Below the pieces are notes generated by a model. That model ran no database searches and was not told the DNA's origin. It saw only the letters and a program-made list of their open reading frames with translations. 64,000 nucleotides of DNA from Promethearchaeati archaeon (GTDB lineage Archaea > Asgardarchaeota > Heimdallarchaeia > JABLTI01): NCBI GenBank assembly GCA_013166835.1, contig JABLTI010000015.1, positions 15,149 through 79,148 of the forward strand, given 5' to 3'. A program made the position numbers and the translations under genes. Within the stretch, counting starts at the first letter, position 1. Each line of letters starts with the position of its first letter. Shown piece after piece: positions 39,628-48,616 of this stretch.

Positions 39628-41319
39628 ATGGCTTTTCAAAATATCACAAATAACAAAAGTCAAATCATAAATATTTACTCAATTAATTGTGATACTTGCC
39701 AGAAGAATATCGAGGTTCCAATAAAGAAATCTGATAAAGAAAGTTCATCAGGAGGAATTTTTAGAATAGTGGCTATTCATCAATGCTTTGATGAACAAGT
39801 AGCTTATCTCTTGTTTTTTGATGATCATTTAGCCTTAAGACAGAAGGTCGTTACTCCTGTAACAATTGCTGGAATTCAAGAAAGTGATATCTTCAATGAG
39901 TTTCAAAAAACTATTTTGAAGCAGTATGGTGGATTTAATTTTCTTAGAAAGATGTTCAATAAGGATTTAGCTAAAGTAATTTATGGCATTATTTTAGGAC
40001 AACAAGTAGTGATAGTAGGGAATAAGGTCGAAGTAGAAGCTTCAATATTTAGCTTAGAATTATTCGCTGGCCACAGAAATTTTATTTGTGATTCTTGGAT
40101 CGAGGAAAAATCTCTTGCTGATATTATAGGAACAAAACCTGATTTAGTAAAATTTTATCCAAATTCAATAATTGTTGATCTTTCTAAAAAAGAAATTATG
40201 CGGGGAGAGGAAAATAGCTATGCTTTAAGTTTACTTAATTTTCTCTACGGTGTTTCCGACATAGAAACCTTTGAGGAGATAATTAAGAATGAAATAAATG
40301 CTGTATTAGAAATCACAAAAGAGTTTATCCTAGTTGAGGAATTAAGTGAAATAGAATCTTATCTTTCAACATTAACTTTGGAAGAAGTTCCTCAAGAGGT
40401 TATAGAATTAGTTGTTGCACTTTCTGCACAATTGAATCATATTATTGCCCATTATTACAGAAGTAATTATGAAATTATTTCACCACAAAAAGCAGTGGAA
40501 ATAATACCAAATAGAATATGGTTTTTTGATTTTATTCTGCCAGAAGTTTATTTCTATGAGATAAAAGATGATTTGCCTTATAATTTCAAAGAGGAAAAAA
40601 TACTAAATAGAATAAAAAAATTAATTGCTACTGAAAGATACAATCTGTTATTGCATGAATATTTTACTCCAATGAATCATTATGTAATTGATTTACAATC
40701 CGAAAAATGTTTATTATTTTGTTTTCCAAGATTAGAAGAAGATACTGCTCATATCGCTTACATATTGAAATTCTTACAAAATGGCATTCAGAATAAACAT
40801 TTCTTGGAACAAAACAACCAATATATAATTGATCAAATCAAAGACAATTGGTTAGATGATTTCGCATCTTTTAAACTTAAACCGGAATTACAAATACTCA
40901 TAGATGTGCGCGAAAAATTGCCGGTATTTTTTGAAGATTCGATTCTTGATTCATATTACTTTAGGACAAGAGTATGTGAACCTGATTTTAAGAAATTTAT
41001 AACGGAAATAATAGATCTTATTCTAAAAGAATTTCATACTGAACCCAAAATGCATCATGTTGATGATCTCTACACTCTAAAGGGTGTAATAAGCGATTTG
41101 AAAGCTGATAACGCATCTGAGAATGAAAAAATCGAAATAAAGTATAACCTTCATCATTACATAAATGAACGTGGTGAAACTAAAACAGTCAATCTTATTC
41201 TAGACCTCTATATAACAACAAAATACAATCAGTTCGGTCTTGAGACCTTTGCGTTGTATGATTCTCTCTATAAGAAATTTGCAGAACTCATTAAGAAAGC
41301 AATGAATAAATGTCTTTGA
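39628..41319 (+). CDS. Hypothetical protein: N-terminal CxxC/HxC Zn module plus DENN-core-like region
   Basis: CDTC...HQC; YGIILGQQVVIVG...LELFA...ADIIG...IIVDL resembles the cDENN alpha/beta core. ORF solid, domain call tentative. Confidence 0.55.
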   Translation: MAFQNITNNKSQIINIYSINCDTCQKNIEVPIKKSDKESSSGGIFRIVAIHQCFDEQVAYLLFFDDHLALRQKVVTPVTIAGIQESDIFNEFQKTILKQYGGFNFLRKMFNKDLAKVIYGIILGQQVVIVGNKVEVEASIFSLELFAGHRNFICDSWIEEKSLADIIGTKPDLVKFYPNSIIVDLSKKEIMRGEENSYALSLLNFLYGVSDIETFEEIIKNEINAVLEITKEFILVEELSEIESYLSTLTLEEVPQEVIELVVALSAQLNHIIAHYYRSNYEIISPQKAVEIIPNRIWFFDFILPEVYFYEIKDDLPYNFKEEKILNRIKKLIATERYNLLLHEYFTPMNHYVIDLQSEKCLLFCFPRLEEDTAHIAYILKFLQNGIQNKHFLEQNNQYIIDQIKDNWLDDFASFKLKPELQILIDVREKLPVFFEDSILDSYYFRTRVCEPDFKKFITEIIDLILKEFHTEPKMHHVDDLYTLKGVISDLKADNASENEKIEIKYNLHHYINERGETKTVNLILDLYITTKYNQFGLETFALYDSLYKKFAELIKKAMNKCL

Positions 41320-41322
41320 TAA

Positions 41323-42051
41323 TCATATGGATTTCTTGGTTGGCTTCTTAGTCGCTGTTTTAGTTGTTTTCTTTGTTGTCTTCTTCTTTTGTCGTCTTTT
41401 TTCAGCGCTTATTTGTTTGTAGTATTTATGAACTTCTTTGTTGACTATATTCCTACATAGAAATTCAAAAGTCTCACGAACGTTAATATTACTTTTTGAT
41501 GAAGTCTCTATAAAACCAATTATGTTTAAATTATGGTCATCTCTTGAATTTATAAACTCTTTAACCATTTCAGGTTCTATTTCTCTTTCATCCAAGAGAT
41601 CATTCTTTGTAGAAACAATAACTATTGGAATGTTTTCATCGCAGTTCTCCCTAATTAAGGGGATCCATTCATGATACAAAGAAAAGAAAGTATCAATCCT
41701 AGTACAATCATAAGCGAGAATGATGCCTTTACTTCCAGAAAGAAACCTATCCATAATTTGTCTAAATTGTGGTTGACCAGCAAGATCCCAAACAGACATT
41801 ACTACTTTGCCAAAATCAGTATCAACGTTATGAGTGAAAAATTGAACTCCGATAGTTATCCTGTAGTTATCAAAAAAATCATCCAAGATATAACCCATTG
41901 CTCTTTGACAGAGAGTAGTTTTTCCTACCCCCCCAACGCCTGCAATTGAAATTTTAACCAAATGACTTTTGCTTCTTTCCAAGGGTAAGCCTGTTTCAAG
42001 TGTCTTTCTTGTAATGGTAGACTTAGCATTGTTGGTCTTAGCTGAAGGCAT
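41323..42051 (-). CDS. Rab-like small GTPase with polybasic tail
   Basis: G1 GVGGVGKT, G2 TIGVQF, G3 WDLAGQ, G4 TKND, G5 ETSSK; K/T-rich C-terminus. Confidence 0.92.
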   Translation of the reverse strand: MPSAKTNNAKSTITRKTLETGLPLERSKSHLVKISIAGVGGVGKTTLCQRAMGYILDDFFDNYRITIGVQFFTHNVDTDFGKVVMSVWDLAGQPQFRQIMDRFLSGSKGIILAYDCTRIDTFFSLYHEWIPLIRENCDENIPIVIVSTKNDLLDEREIEPEMVKEFINSRDDHNLNIIGFIETSSKSNINVRETFEFLCRNIVNKEVHKYYKQISAEKRRQKKKTTKKTTKTATKKPTKKSI

Positions 42052-42131
42052 ATTTTATTTTAGTAACTCTTTATTTTTAACTTCTTTGTCTGATAAGATG
42101 TTGGACAAAGATAGTGAAAATGGCATAAAAA

Positions 42132-42566
42132 TTAAAGTAGCAATGAAATATCTGAAGCAATTCTTTTCGCTTTTATGGTAATAAATGGTAATCTGCATTT
42201 TTTATCGCATTGTAGAAAGAGATAGATCTTCTCATTTGAAAAAGCAATATAATTCGCATCTTCAGCTCTAATAATGAAATGATTAATTTCCTTTTTATTG
42301 GCTTTTTGTAATTGATTCTTAAGACTCTCAAGTAATTCTAAGGCATCATGTTCATTTAGAGTTTTAGTGGAATCCCCCCAGCGATTATAACAAAAAATCA
42401 ATTCTCCTTGTATAGTAAGGATATCTAGTCTGAGAATTCCTCTCATGGAAATAAGTTCAGAAACCATTTCACTAATTTCTTTGGGGAAATTTTCAGAAAG
42501 ATGTGTATATGGTCCATTAGAATTGTGATTGTTATGACTGTTAGATTGTTTCCTTTTCCTGATCAA
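42132..42566 (-). CDS. Roadblock/longin-like small protein
   Basis: helix-GILRLDILTIQGELI-helix-three beta strands-helix (AKRIASDISLLL) topology; directly upstream of the Rab-like gene. Confidence 0.6.
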   Translation of the reverse strand: MIRKRKQSNSHNNHNSNGPYTHLSENFPKEISEMVSELISMRGILRLDILTIQGELIFCYNRWGDSTKTLNEHDALELLESLKNQLQKANKKEINHFIIRAEDANYIAFSNEKIYLFLQCDKKCRLPFITIKAKRIASDISLLL

Positions 42567-42788
42567 ATACTAGACCCTCAGTTATTAGTGGAACATTTTT
42601 GTCGAGGATTTATTCGACAATAATGTTTTATAGTAATTTACAGTTTAAAGTCTATTGAATAGTGTAAATTTGGATTATTTTTGTCCAATGATAGTTTTTG
42701 GTTTAATTTTTCTACATATATTGTTGATAAATTAGACATTTATTTATTATTATAAAAAGTTAATTAATGATTTATACAACATCCATTC

Positions 42789-42806
42789 TCGTCGAAAAAT
42801 CGACGA
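42789..42806. repeat. CG-rich palindrome TCGTCGA-N4-TCGACGA
   Basis: tcgtcga aaaa tcgacga; recurs at 43504 and 47859. Confidence 0.8.
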
Positions 42807-42933
42807 ATAATTATCGTGTTTTCGAAAATATTTAATTAAACATTTGTTTTATTAAATAGCCATTTATCTGAATATTTTTTAACGCTAACTATTTTAATAA
42901 CTGATGTGCATTAGACACATATAGTTGATTTCT

Positions 42934-43446
42934 ATGGGTCGACGTAAAATAATCTCTATAATCGGTGGGAGCGCCCAAACATCTTTGGAAGAAGACAGAG
43001 CTATTGCCTTAACCATTGGTAAATTGCTAATCGATAATGGTTATAGAATTTTATGTGGTGGGTATGGTGGAGTCATGGAAGCAGTTTGTAAAGGTGCTAA
43101 ATCCTCAAAAAAGTATAGAGAAGGAGATACTATAGGAATCATCTCGACTCTTGAATCCGATGATGCGAATGAATTCTGTGACATAGTAATTGCAACAGGA
43201 ATTCATTATGCTAGAAATCAAATTATTACAGCTTCTGGAGACGCAATTGTTGCAATTGGTGGAGGATCCGGAACACTGAGCGAAATTGCTTTTGCTTGGC
43301 AAATGGGGAAACCCATCTTCTCGTTTAAAAAAACTGGTTGGTCTGGGAAGTTATCTGAAATGCAGTTAGATAATAAACGATCCGATACCATAATAGGATA
43401 TGATACTGCACAACAATTAATAGAAAAACTAAACGCACTATTTTAG
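42934..43446 (+). CDS. LOG/TIGR00725-family Rossmann-fold protein
   Basis: CGGYGGVMEAVCKGA, ARNQII, IGGGSGTLSEIAFA. Confidence 0.9.
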   Translation: MGRRKIISIIGGSAQTSLEEDRAIALTIGKLLIDNGYRILCGGYGGVMEAVCKGAKSSKKYREGDTIGIISTLESDDANEFCDIVIATGIHYARNQIITASGDAIVAIGGGSGTLSEIAFAWQMGKPIFSFKKTGWSGKLSEMQLDNKRSDTIIGYDTAQQLIEKLNALF

Positions 43447-43503
43447 TTAATCATTTATTTTATTGTTTAATACTTCAACTAATGTTTTTCTCATTACTTA
43501 TCT

Positions 43504-43547
43504 TCGTCGGAAAATCGACGAGAAAATAAGGTCTCAAAAAAATGAGA
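43504..43547. repeat. Bipartite palindromic element
   Basis: tcgtcgg aaaa tcgacga followed by gtctca aaaaaa tgagac. Confidence 0.75.
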
Positions 43548-43573
43548 CAAAAACGAGTAAATATGATACAGTG

Positions 43574-43927
43574 CTACAATTTTATTTGAATATTGCAAAC
43601 AGGACATACGGGATTATCTTTTAACCAATCTAGTAAATGATTGTGATGAAAAAGTGAAGTACATTTTGGACAAATTAGGATAACATGTCCTTCTTTCACA
43701 GTTTTATTGCATAAAGAATAAATTTGATTCTCAAGATCTCCTTGGAAAACTATTGGTTCAAGAATTAATTTAATTTCTGCTTTAGATTCCTTTTGTACAA
43801 CATCTTTTTCTATTAGAACATCCTGTTCTATTTTATGCTTTTTCACCAGAATGCTGTAATAGCTATGATAATTATTGTAATTATATCCGCAAGTGTATAA
43901 AGTCCAAAAAACAATAATCGAAACCAA
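43574..43927 (-). pseudogene. Degenerate TM-RING finger gene
   Basis: RING-like (Y)SLC..CPKC..FHHNH..W..CPVC with the first Cys replaced by Tyr; the hydrophobic N-terminal segment (IITIIIIAITAFW) is in another frame, with stops. Confidence 0.6.
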
Positions 43928-44045
43928 AGACCTTCACGTTGTCGAATTTCCCAAATTTCTACCCTACATTTCAGTGATTTCACTGATTATTTAAAACTAT
44001 AGAAATCTGAGTGATTAAACTTCAAAACAGTTATTCTTTTGTTAA

Positions 44046-44487
44046 TTATTTTAAGAAATCGAAATCACAAACAGGACAGGTTGTTTCAAGTTCAAACCAA
44101 TCATCAAAATGATTTTCGTGATAATGAGTATTGCAGCTAGGACAAATATAGATTATATCTCCCGAGCAAATTTCCAATTTACAAATCATGCAAATAAAAT
44201 CTTCTTCACTTTCTTCAATAAATTTTGATTTATATTTTATTTTCTTTTGAAATAATTTTAGTTCGTTTTTAATTCTCTTTCTCCTAAGAAATCCTAAAAG
44301 GAATCCAATTAAGATAACTGGGCATGGAAAAACAACTCCAAACATAATTACAAAAATATATGCAATTTCATCCACTATTTGCATTGATAATAAAATGCTA
44401 GAAGTAATGACGATAAGCAAAGAAATAACTGCACATAGATAACCAATATTAGGCGATTTTCTTTGTTCGTTGATTTTTAAGCCCCAT
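44046..44487 (-). pseudogene. TM-RING finger protein with probable 5' frameshift
   Basis: CMIC..CPSC..YHENH..W..CPVC; ATG at 44487 is out of frame by one base at a homopolymer (T5 at 44474-78 or C4 at 44482-85); could be expressed from TTG 44420. Confidence 0.65.
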
Positions 44488-44639
44488 ATAATATTCCTTG
44501 TTCAAGTTATTTATTGTAAACTTCTATTTAAATCTAATATTTTCATCTCAAAATACCACTACTGGACTACTAATTACTTTGAATTGTTTTTATTTAATAT
44601 TGAATGAAATTGAGGTCTTAAAAAAATGAGACTTCTATT

Positions 44640-45110
44640 TCATTTCTTCTTATTTCTGGTCTTTAAAGCATTTTGATAATAATCAAAACTGCAAACAGGG
44701 CATAAAGTATTGACTTGTAACCATTGAAATAGATGTTCTTCATGATAATAGGAGTGACAATTAGGGCAATTATGAACATCTTGGTTAATTTCGATATCCC
44801 TTTTGCAAACCATACAAATGTAGGTTTTAGATGTATCTTTCAACCTAAATGACTTATATTGAGATTTAATAAATTCAATCTTTGTTTGAATGTCGGGTGG
44901 AGTTTTCCCTCTACGATAAACGATAAATAAGAAGATTAGTGAGATAGGACAAGTTATAACCAGAATTATTATGAAAACGAGCAATACTGTTGGAAACATA
45001 CCTGATACAGTAGTTAAAATGATGATTGATGATATAGCTAATACTAAAAACAAGATTCCACAGTAAAGTAAGGATTTGCTTATTCTTTTAGTACTAATTA
45101 TTATCCCCAA
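44640..45110 (-). CDS. Two-TM RING-H2-like zinc finger protein (putative E3 ligase)
   Basis: Two hydrophobic helices, then CMVC..CPNC..YHEEH..W..CPVC. Confidence 0.8.
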   Translation of the reverse strand: MGIIISTKRISKSLLYCGILFLVLAISSIIILTTVSGMFPTVLLVFIIILVITCPISLIFLFIVYRRGKTPPDIQTKIEFIKSQYKSFRLKDTSKTYICMVCKRDIEINQDVHNCPNCHSYYHEEHLFQWLQVNTLCPVCSFDYYQNALKTRNKKK

Positions 45111-45630
45111 CTGACTTATGTTAACAATAATGTTGATTGGTAGTTACACATATTTATAGATATTTTATTCAAGAAAGGGATGTGTTCCAAGATTAAGAAA
45201 AATTCAAGATTTTCTGAAAAATAATTAAATGCTCTTCTCGTAAGAACTTGTGCTTAATTGGTCTATACTAATTGAACAAAGTTTATGCTTGCAGAGGCAC
45301 TTTACTTAACCTTAATAGATCTAACCAAAGAATTTCTGGTCTAAAACAAACTTTCATGTGGTTATATGATAATGGTTAATATCATATATTCTCTATTTAA
45401 AGGCATATATAAATAAAGAAGACTAAAATACAATCAGTATTCAGGTAATTTGGAACAGAAAATTGGTAAAAAGGGTAAATAACATAATTTGTCCCGTTGT
45501 AGCTAATATTTTAGCTCAAAGTAGCTATTCTGTGCTAATTTGATACACTTGCTTATACCAAAAAAGACTATAAATAGTAAATAATTCCTTTTTTAAGCAG
45601 TTCTTAGTTAAAGAAACTGGAGGATAAAAG

Positions 45631-47793
45631 ATGAGTTTCGATCCAACAGATCTTATACCTATTGAATATCGATCATTATTTGCAATAATTTCTCCTATAG
45701 AAAAATCAGGTATATTAAAGATAATAAGAGAAAAATATGCTGAAATGGAAGACAAATATGAAGCGTTATTCCTTGGTTTAAAGAATTATTTAACAAAGTT
45801 TCAAGGTGAGGATATCTCTTCTCTAGTCTTTATTATGTTTGGACAAATTTCTTTGGATCTAACTAAAGAAAAAGATATTTCAAACATGGCTGCAGTATAT
45901 CCATTTTCACCGGAAATGCAATATTATAATATCCAATTGCAAGTAGATAAGGGAATATTTGACAATATAGAACAAGTAATTTCAAAATCAAGATTAACTG
46001 AAGAAGACAGAAATAGGATTTTCAATAGGTTAGTTGCAGCTGATAAATTAGCAAGCATTATTCTAGATCTTCAAAGCTTTTTACTAGAGATTATGTTTCA
46101 TGGGATGAAACAAGAATTCGATAAGATAGAGGAATTATCTCAAAAAGCGGAAGCAATTTGGAAGCGAGCTGTGAAATGGGTAGAAGCGAAAGAAGTTGTT
46201 TTTGTACAAGAATTAGCGATTCGTATGGTTTTACAGAAAAGCCAGATATTAATGTCTGCACAAAATCTCGATGCAGCTCTTGCTTATTATGAACGAGCTG
46301 ATATCAAGCAGGTATTGGAATTGAGTAAAAGCACAGTTATGAAAGCTAATATTCTGCACGTAAGTGCTATGCTTTATTATAATGCTGGACAACCAACTAA
46401 AGGTTTAGACTATCTTGAGAAAGCGGAGAAATTACTAAGAAAAGTTCATGGACGTCACTCCTGGAAATCTACTTTCTATCATAATTTAGCTTATATGTAT
46501 ACATTAACAGATTCCGACAGATGTGTAGAAGCTTATGAAAAATGCCTTGATTTAGTAGAAGGAACAGGCGATTATCAATCAATAGCTACTACACTAAGTA
46601 ATCTAATAGGACTTCACAATCAAGCAAATAGAAAAGGAGAAGCAAGAAAGTATCTAAAACGATTAGTAGAAATTCTAGATACAAGTGAAGAATTAGTGAC
46701 TCCTTTCAGAGCTTATGCTGTTGCTTCAAATGCTATGACTCTAGATGATTACGAATTAGCAGCAAAATATCTTAAGATATTAGAGGAAAAAGTTGCTCAA
46801 GCACCAACACTAATGAATAAGGCTATACTCGCAAGCTCAAAATTTGTATATTATCTTGATGCAGAGATAAATTCCGAATTGGCATACAAATACGGGGAAG
46901 AATCACTCTATTATTTCAATAAACAAAAAGATTATCTCAATGCTTTAGCTTCAGTATACAATCTAGTAAATACTGATTTACAATTTTACAAAATATCTGA
47001 AAAGGAACGATATCTTAGTTCTGCAAAGAAGAGATTAAATGAATTATTAACACTTGTTGGAGCATTAGACTTACCAGAATGGGTGGCTACAAAGAATGTT
47101 ACACTTGCTGGATTTGAGATTCTCTCACAAAATTTGGACGCAGCAGAGAGATTCATCAATGAAATACCTGATAGTGAAGATTCGCAAATAACTGCAAACA
47201 AGAAAATGATTTCACAATTACTTGAATTCTCAAGAAGAAAGAAATCTGAAGAAGAAAAAGATGAAAAAGAGATCCTATTCACTGAACCGCTGTTAAATGA
47301 AATTGCCACCAATAAAGATGCTGCGAAAGTCATGGTAATGCATGTTCTTGAGTCAACAATGGAAGAATTAGTACAATTACCACAACAAATCGATCCGATA
47401 AAAGCTGATATAAAATTAATTCTTCTAATTAATAATGCAGGATTAACTATTTACACAAAAATCTTTGATACTCAGAAGATGAATCAACAATTGATTTCAA
47501 ATTTCATTTCTGCAATTGATTCATTTGGTAAACAATTATTTGGAACTACAGAACCCTATTTCTCCATAAGTAGAGGGAATAATATTATTCTTTATCAAAA
47601 TGTGACTGATGACTTGAACCTAGCTCTTATTGTTAGCCAAGAGAACTATGATGCAGTTATGAAACTAAATACCCTCTCAAAGGAAATATCTGAATTTATG
47701 ATCGATAAATCTCTAATTCTAAATAAAGAACTCGAAGAATCATCTCCACTATATAACTGGTTAGAAGAAAAAGTTGCTGAATTACTCAGTTAA
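45631..47793 (+). CDS. TPR/alpha-solenoid protein with C-terminal longin-like domain
   Basis: TPR-like repeats (YHNLAYMY..AYEKCLDL, LSNLIGLH); C-terminal LILLINNAGLTIYTKIF..QLISNFISAIDSFGKQLF. Confidence 0.75.
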   Translation: MSFDPTDLIPIEYRSLFAIISPIEKSGILKIIREKYAEMEDKYEALFLGLKNYLTKFQGEDISSLVFIMFGQISLDLTKEKDISNMAAVYPFSPEMQYYNIQLQVDKGIFDNIEQVISKSRLTEEDRNRIFNRLVAADKLASIILDLQSFLLEIMFHGMKQEFDKIEELSQKAEAIWKRAVKWVEAKEVVFVQELAIRMVLQKSQILMSAQNLDAALAYYERADIKQVLELSKSTVMKANILHVSAMLYYNAGQPTKGLDYLEKAEKLLRKVHGRHSWKSTFYHNLAYMYTLTDSDRCVEAYEKCLDLVEGTGDYQSIATTLSNLIGLHNQANRKGEARKYLKRLVEILDTSEELVTPFRAYAVASNAMTLDDYELAAKYLKILEEKVAQAPTLMNKAILASSKFVYYLDAEINSELAYKYGEESLYYFNKQKDYLNALASVYNLVNTDLQFYKISEKERYLSSAKKRLNELLTLVGALDLPEWVATKNVTLAGFEILSQNLDAAERFINEIPDSEDSQITANKKMISQLLEFSRRKKSEEEKDEKEILFTEPLLNEIATNKDAAKVMVMHVLESTMEELVQLPQQIDPIKADIKLILLINNAGLTIYTKIFDTQKMNQQLISNFISAIDSFGKQLFGTTEPYFSISRGNNIILYQNVTDDLNLALIVSQENYDAVMKLNTLSKEISEFMIDKSLILNKELEESSPLYNWLEEKVAELLS

Positions 47794-47830
47794 TTCAGCT
47801 TATCCATTATTTTTTTGAAGGCAATTAGGC

Positions 47831-47876
47831 AAGTCTCGTTTTTTTAAGACTTCACTCTTCGTCGATAAATCGACGA
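47831..47876. repeat. Bipartite palindromic element, inverted relative to the 43504 copy
   Basis: aagtctcg tttttt taagactt, then tcgtcga taaa tcgacga. Confidence 0.75.
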
Positions 47877-47965
47877 GAATAACGACTCTTTAAACAAACA
47901 TTTATATAAATACTCATCTAAGTAAAACGCTCTTTTTTATCAAAAAAAATAGCTAAAAAAGTGAT

Positions 47966-48451
47966 TTATTCATCACAATAGTCTCTGATATATTTAGAAG
48001 CGACTTCTAAAAGTGATGGAATGAAGATCTTTTCTTTACCAAGTAATTTTAATGTAGATTTAGACATTTTTGATAAAAGGGAGTTTCTTTTGACAGCAAG
48101 TAAAATAAATCTATCATTGCAAGCAGGAAGATAAATTGATTTCATCCAAATCATGTTAGTTTGAGTGACAAAATAGCTTAAGTCAACTCCTCCAACACCC
48201 AAATAATCTGATAATTTCTCTGCAGTATCAGTGATCAAACCAGAAGTTGCTGAAAAATTATCTCTATTATCCTGTGGATGCATTTCTTCAGCCATAAGTA
48301 AACCATTATTATCTGTTATAACACAAGACAGAAAATTACCCTTTTTCTTTAATTCTAAGAGTATAATACTGAGAGCTGTGCTACGTGAAACATTAGACTT
48401 AGTTAACTTTTTCTTCAATATCTTATCAAATGCTGCTTCTGGGTTTCCCAT
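47966..48451 (-). CDS. Roadblock/LC7-like domain protein
   Basis: SCVITDNNGLLMAE..DNFSATSGLI..AEKLSDYLG pattern. Confidence 0.7.
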   Translation of the reverse strand: MGNPEAAFDKILKKKLTKSNVSRSTALSIILLELKKKGNFLSCVITDNNGLLMAEEMHPQDNRDNFSATSGLITDTAEKLSDYLGVGGVDLSYFVTQTNMIWMKSIYLPACNDRFILLAVKRNSLLSKMSKSTLKLLGKEKIFIPSLLEVASKYIRDYCDE

Positions 48452-48616
48452 AATTAATCACTATCAAGTTAATTTTACCTTAAAATAAAGGTAAGATTCA
48501 CAGTGAATTTAGCGTATAATAATCTTATTCCATTTACATAAGATTGGCATTTTCGTGTAGATTCATAAGAAAATACTAATAGTAAATTTTCTAATTATTA
48601 TTTTAGGTGTAAATTT

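Noticed and set aside
45110-45631. Fourth RING remnant in the intergenic gap
   Set aside because: Only isolated Cys codons; no alignable RING pattern
42789-47876. CRISPR array or integron from the repeated palindromes
   Set aside because: Copies are few, irregularly spaced and in mixed orientation; no spacers, cas genes or integrase
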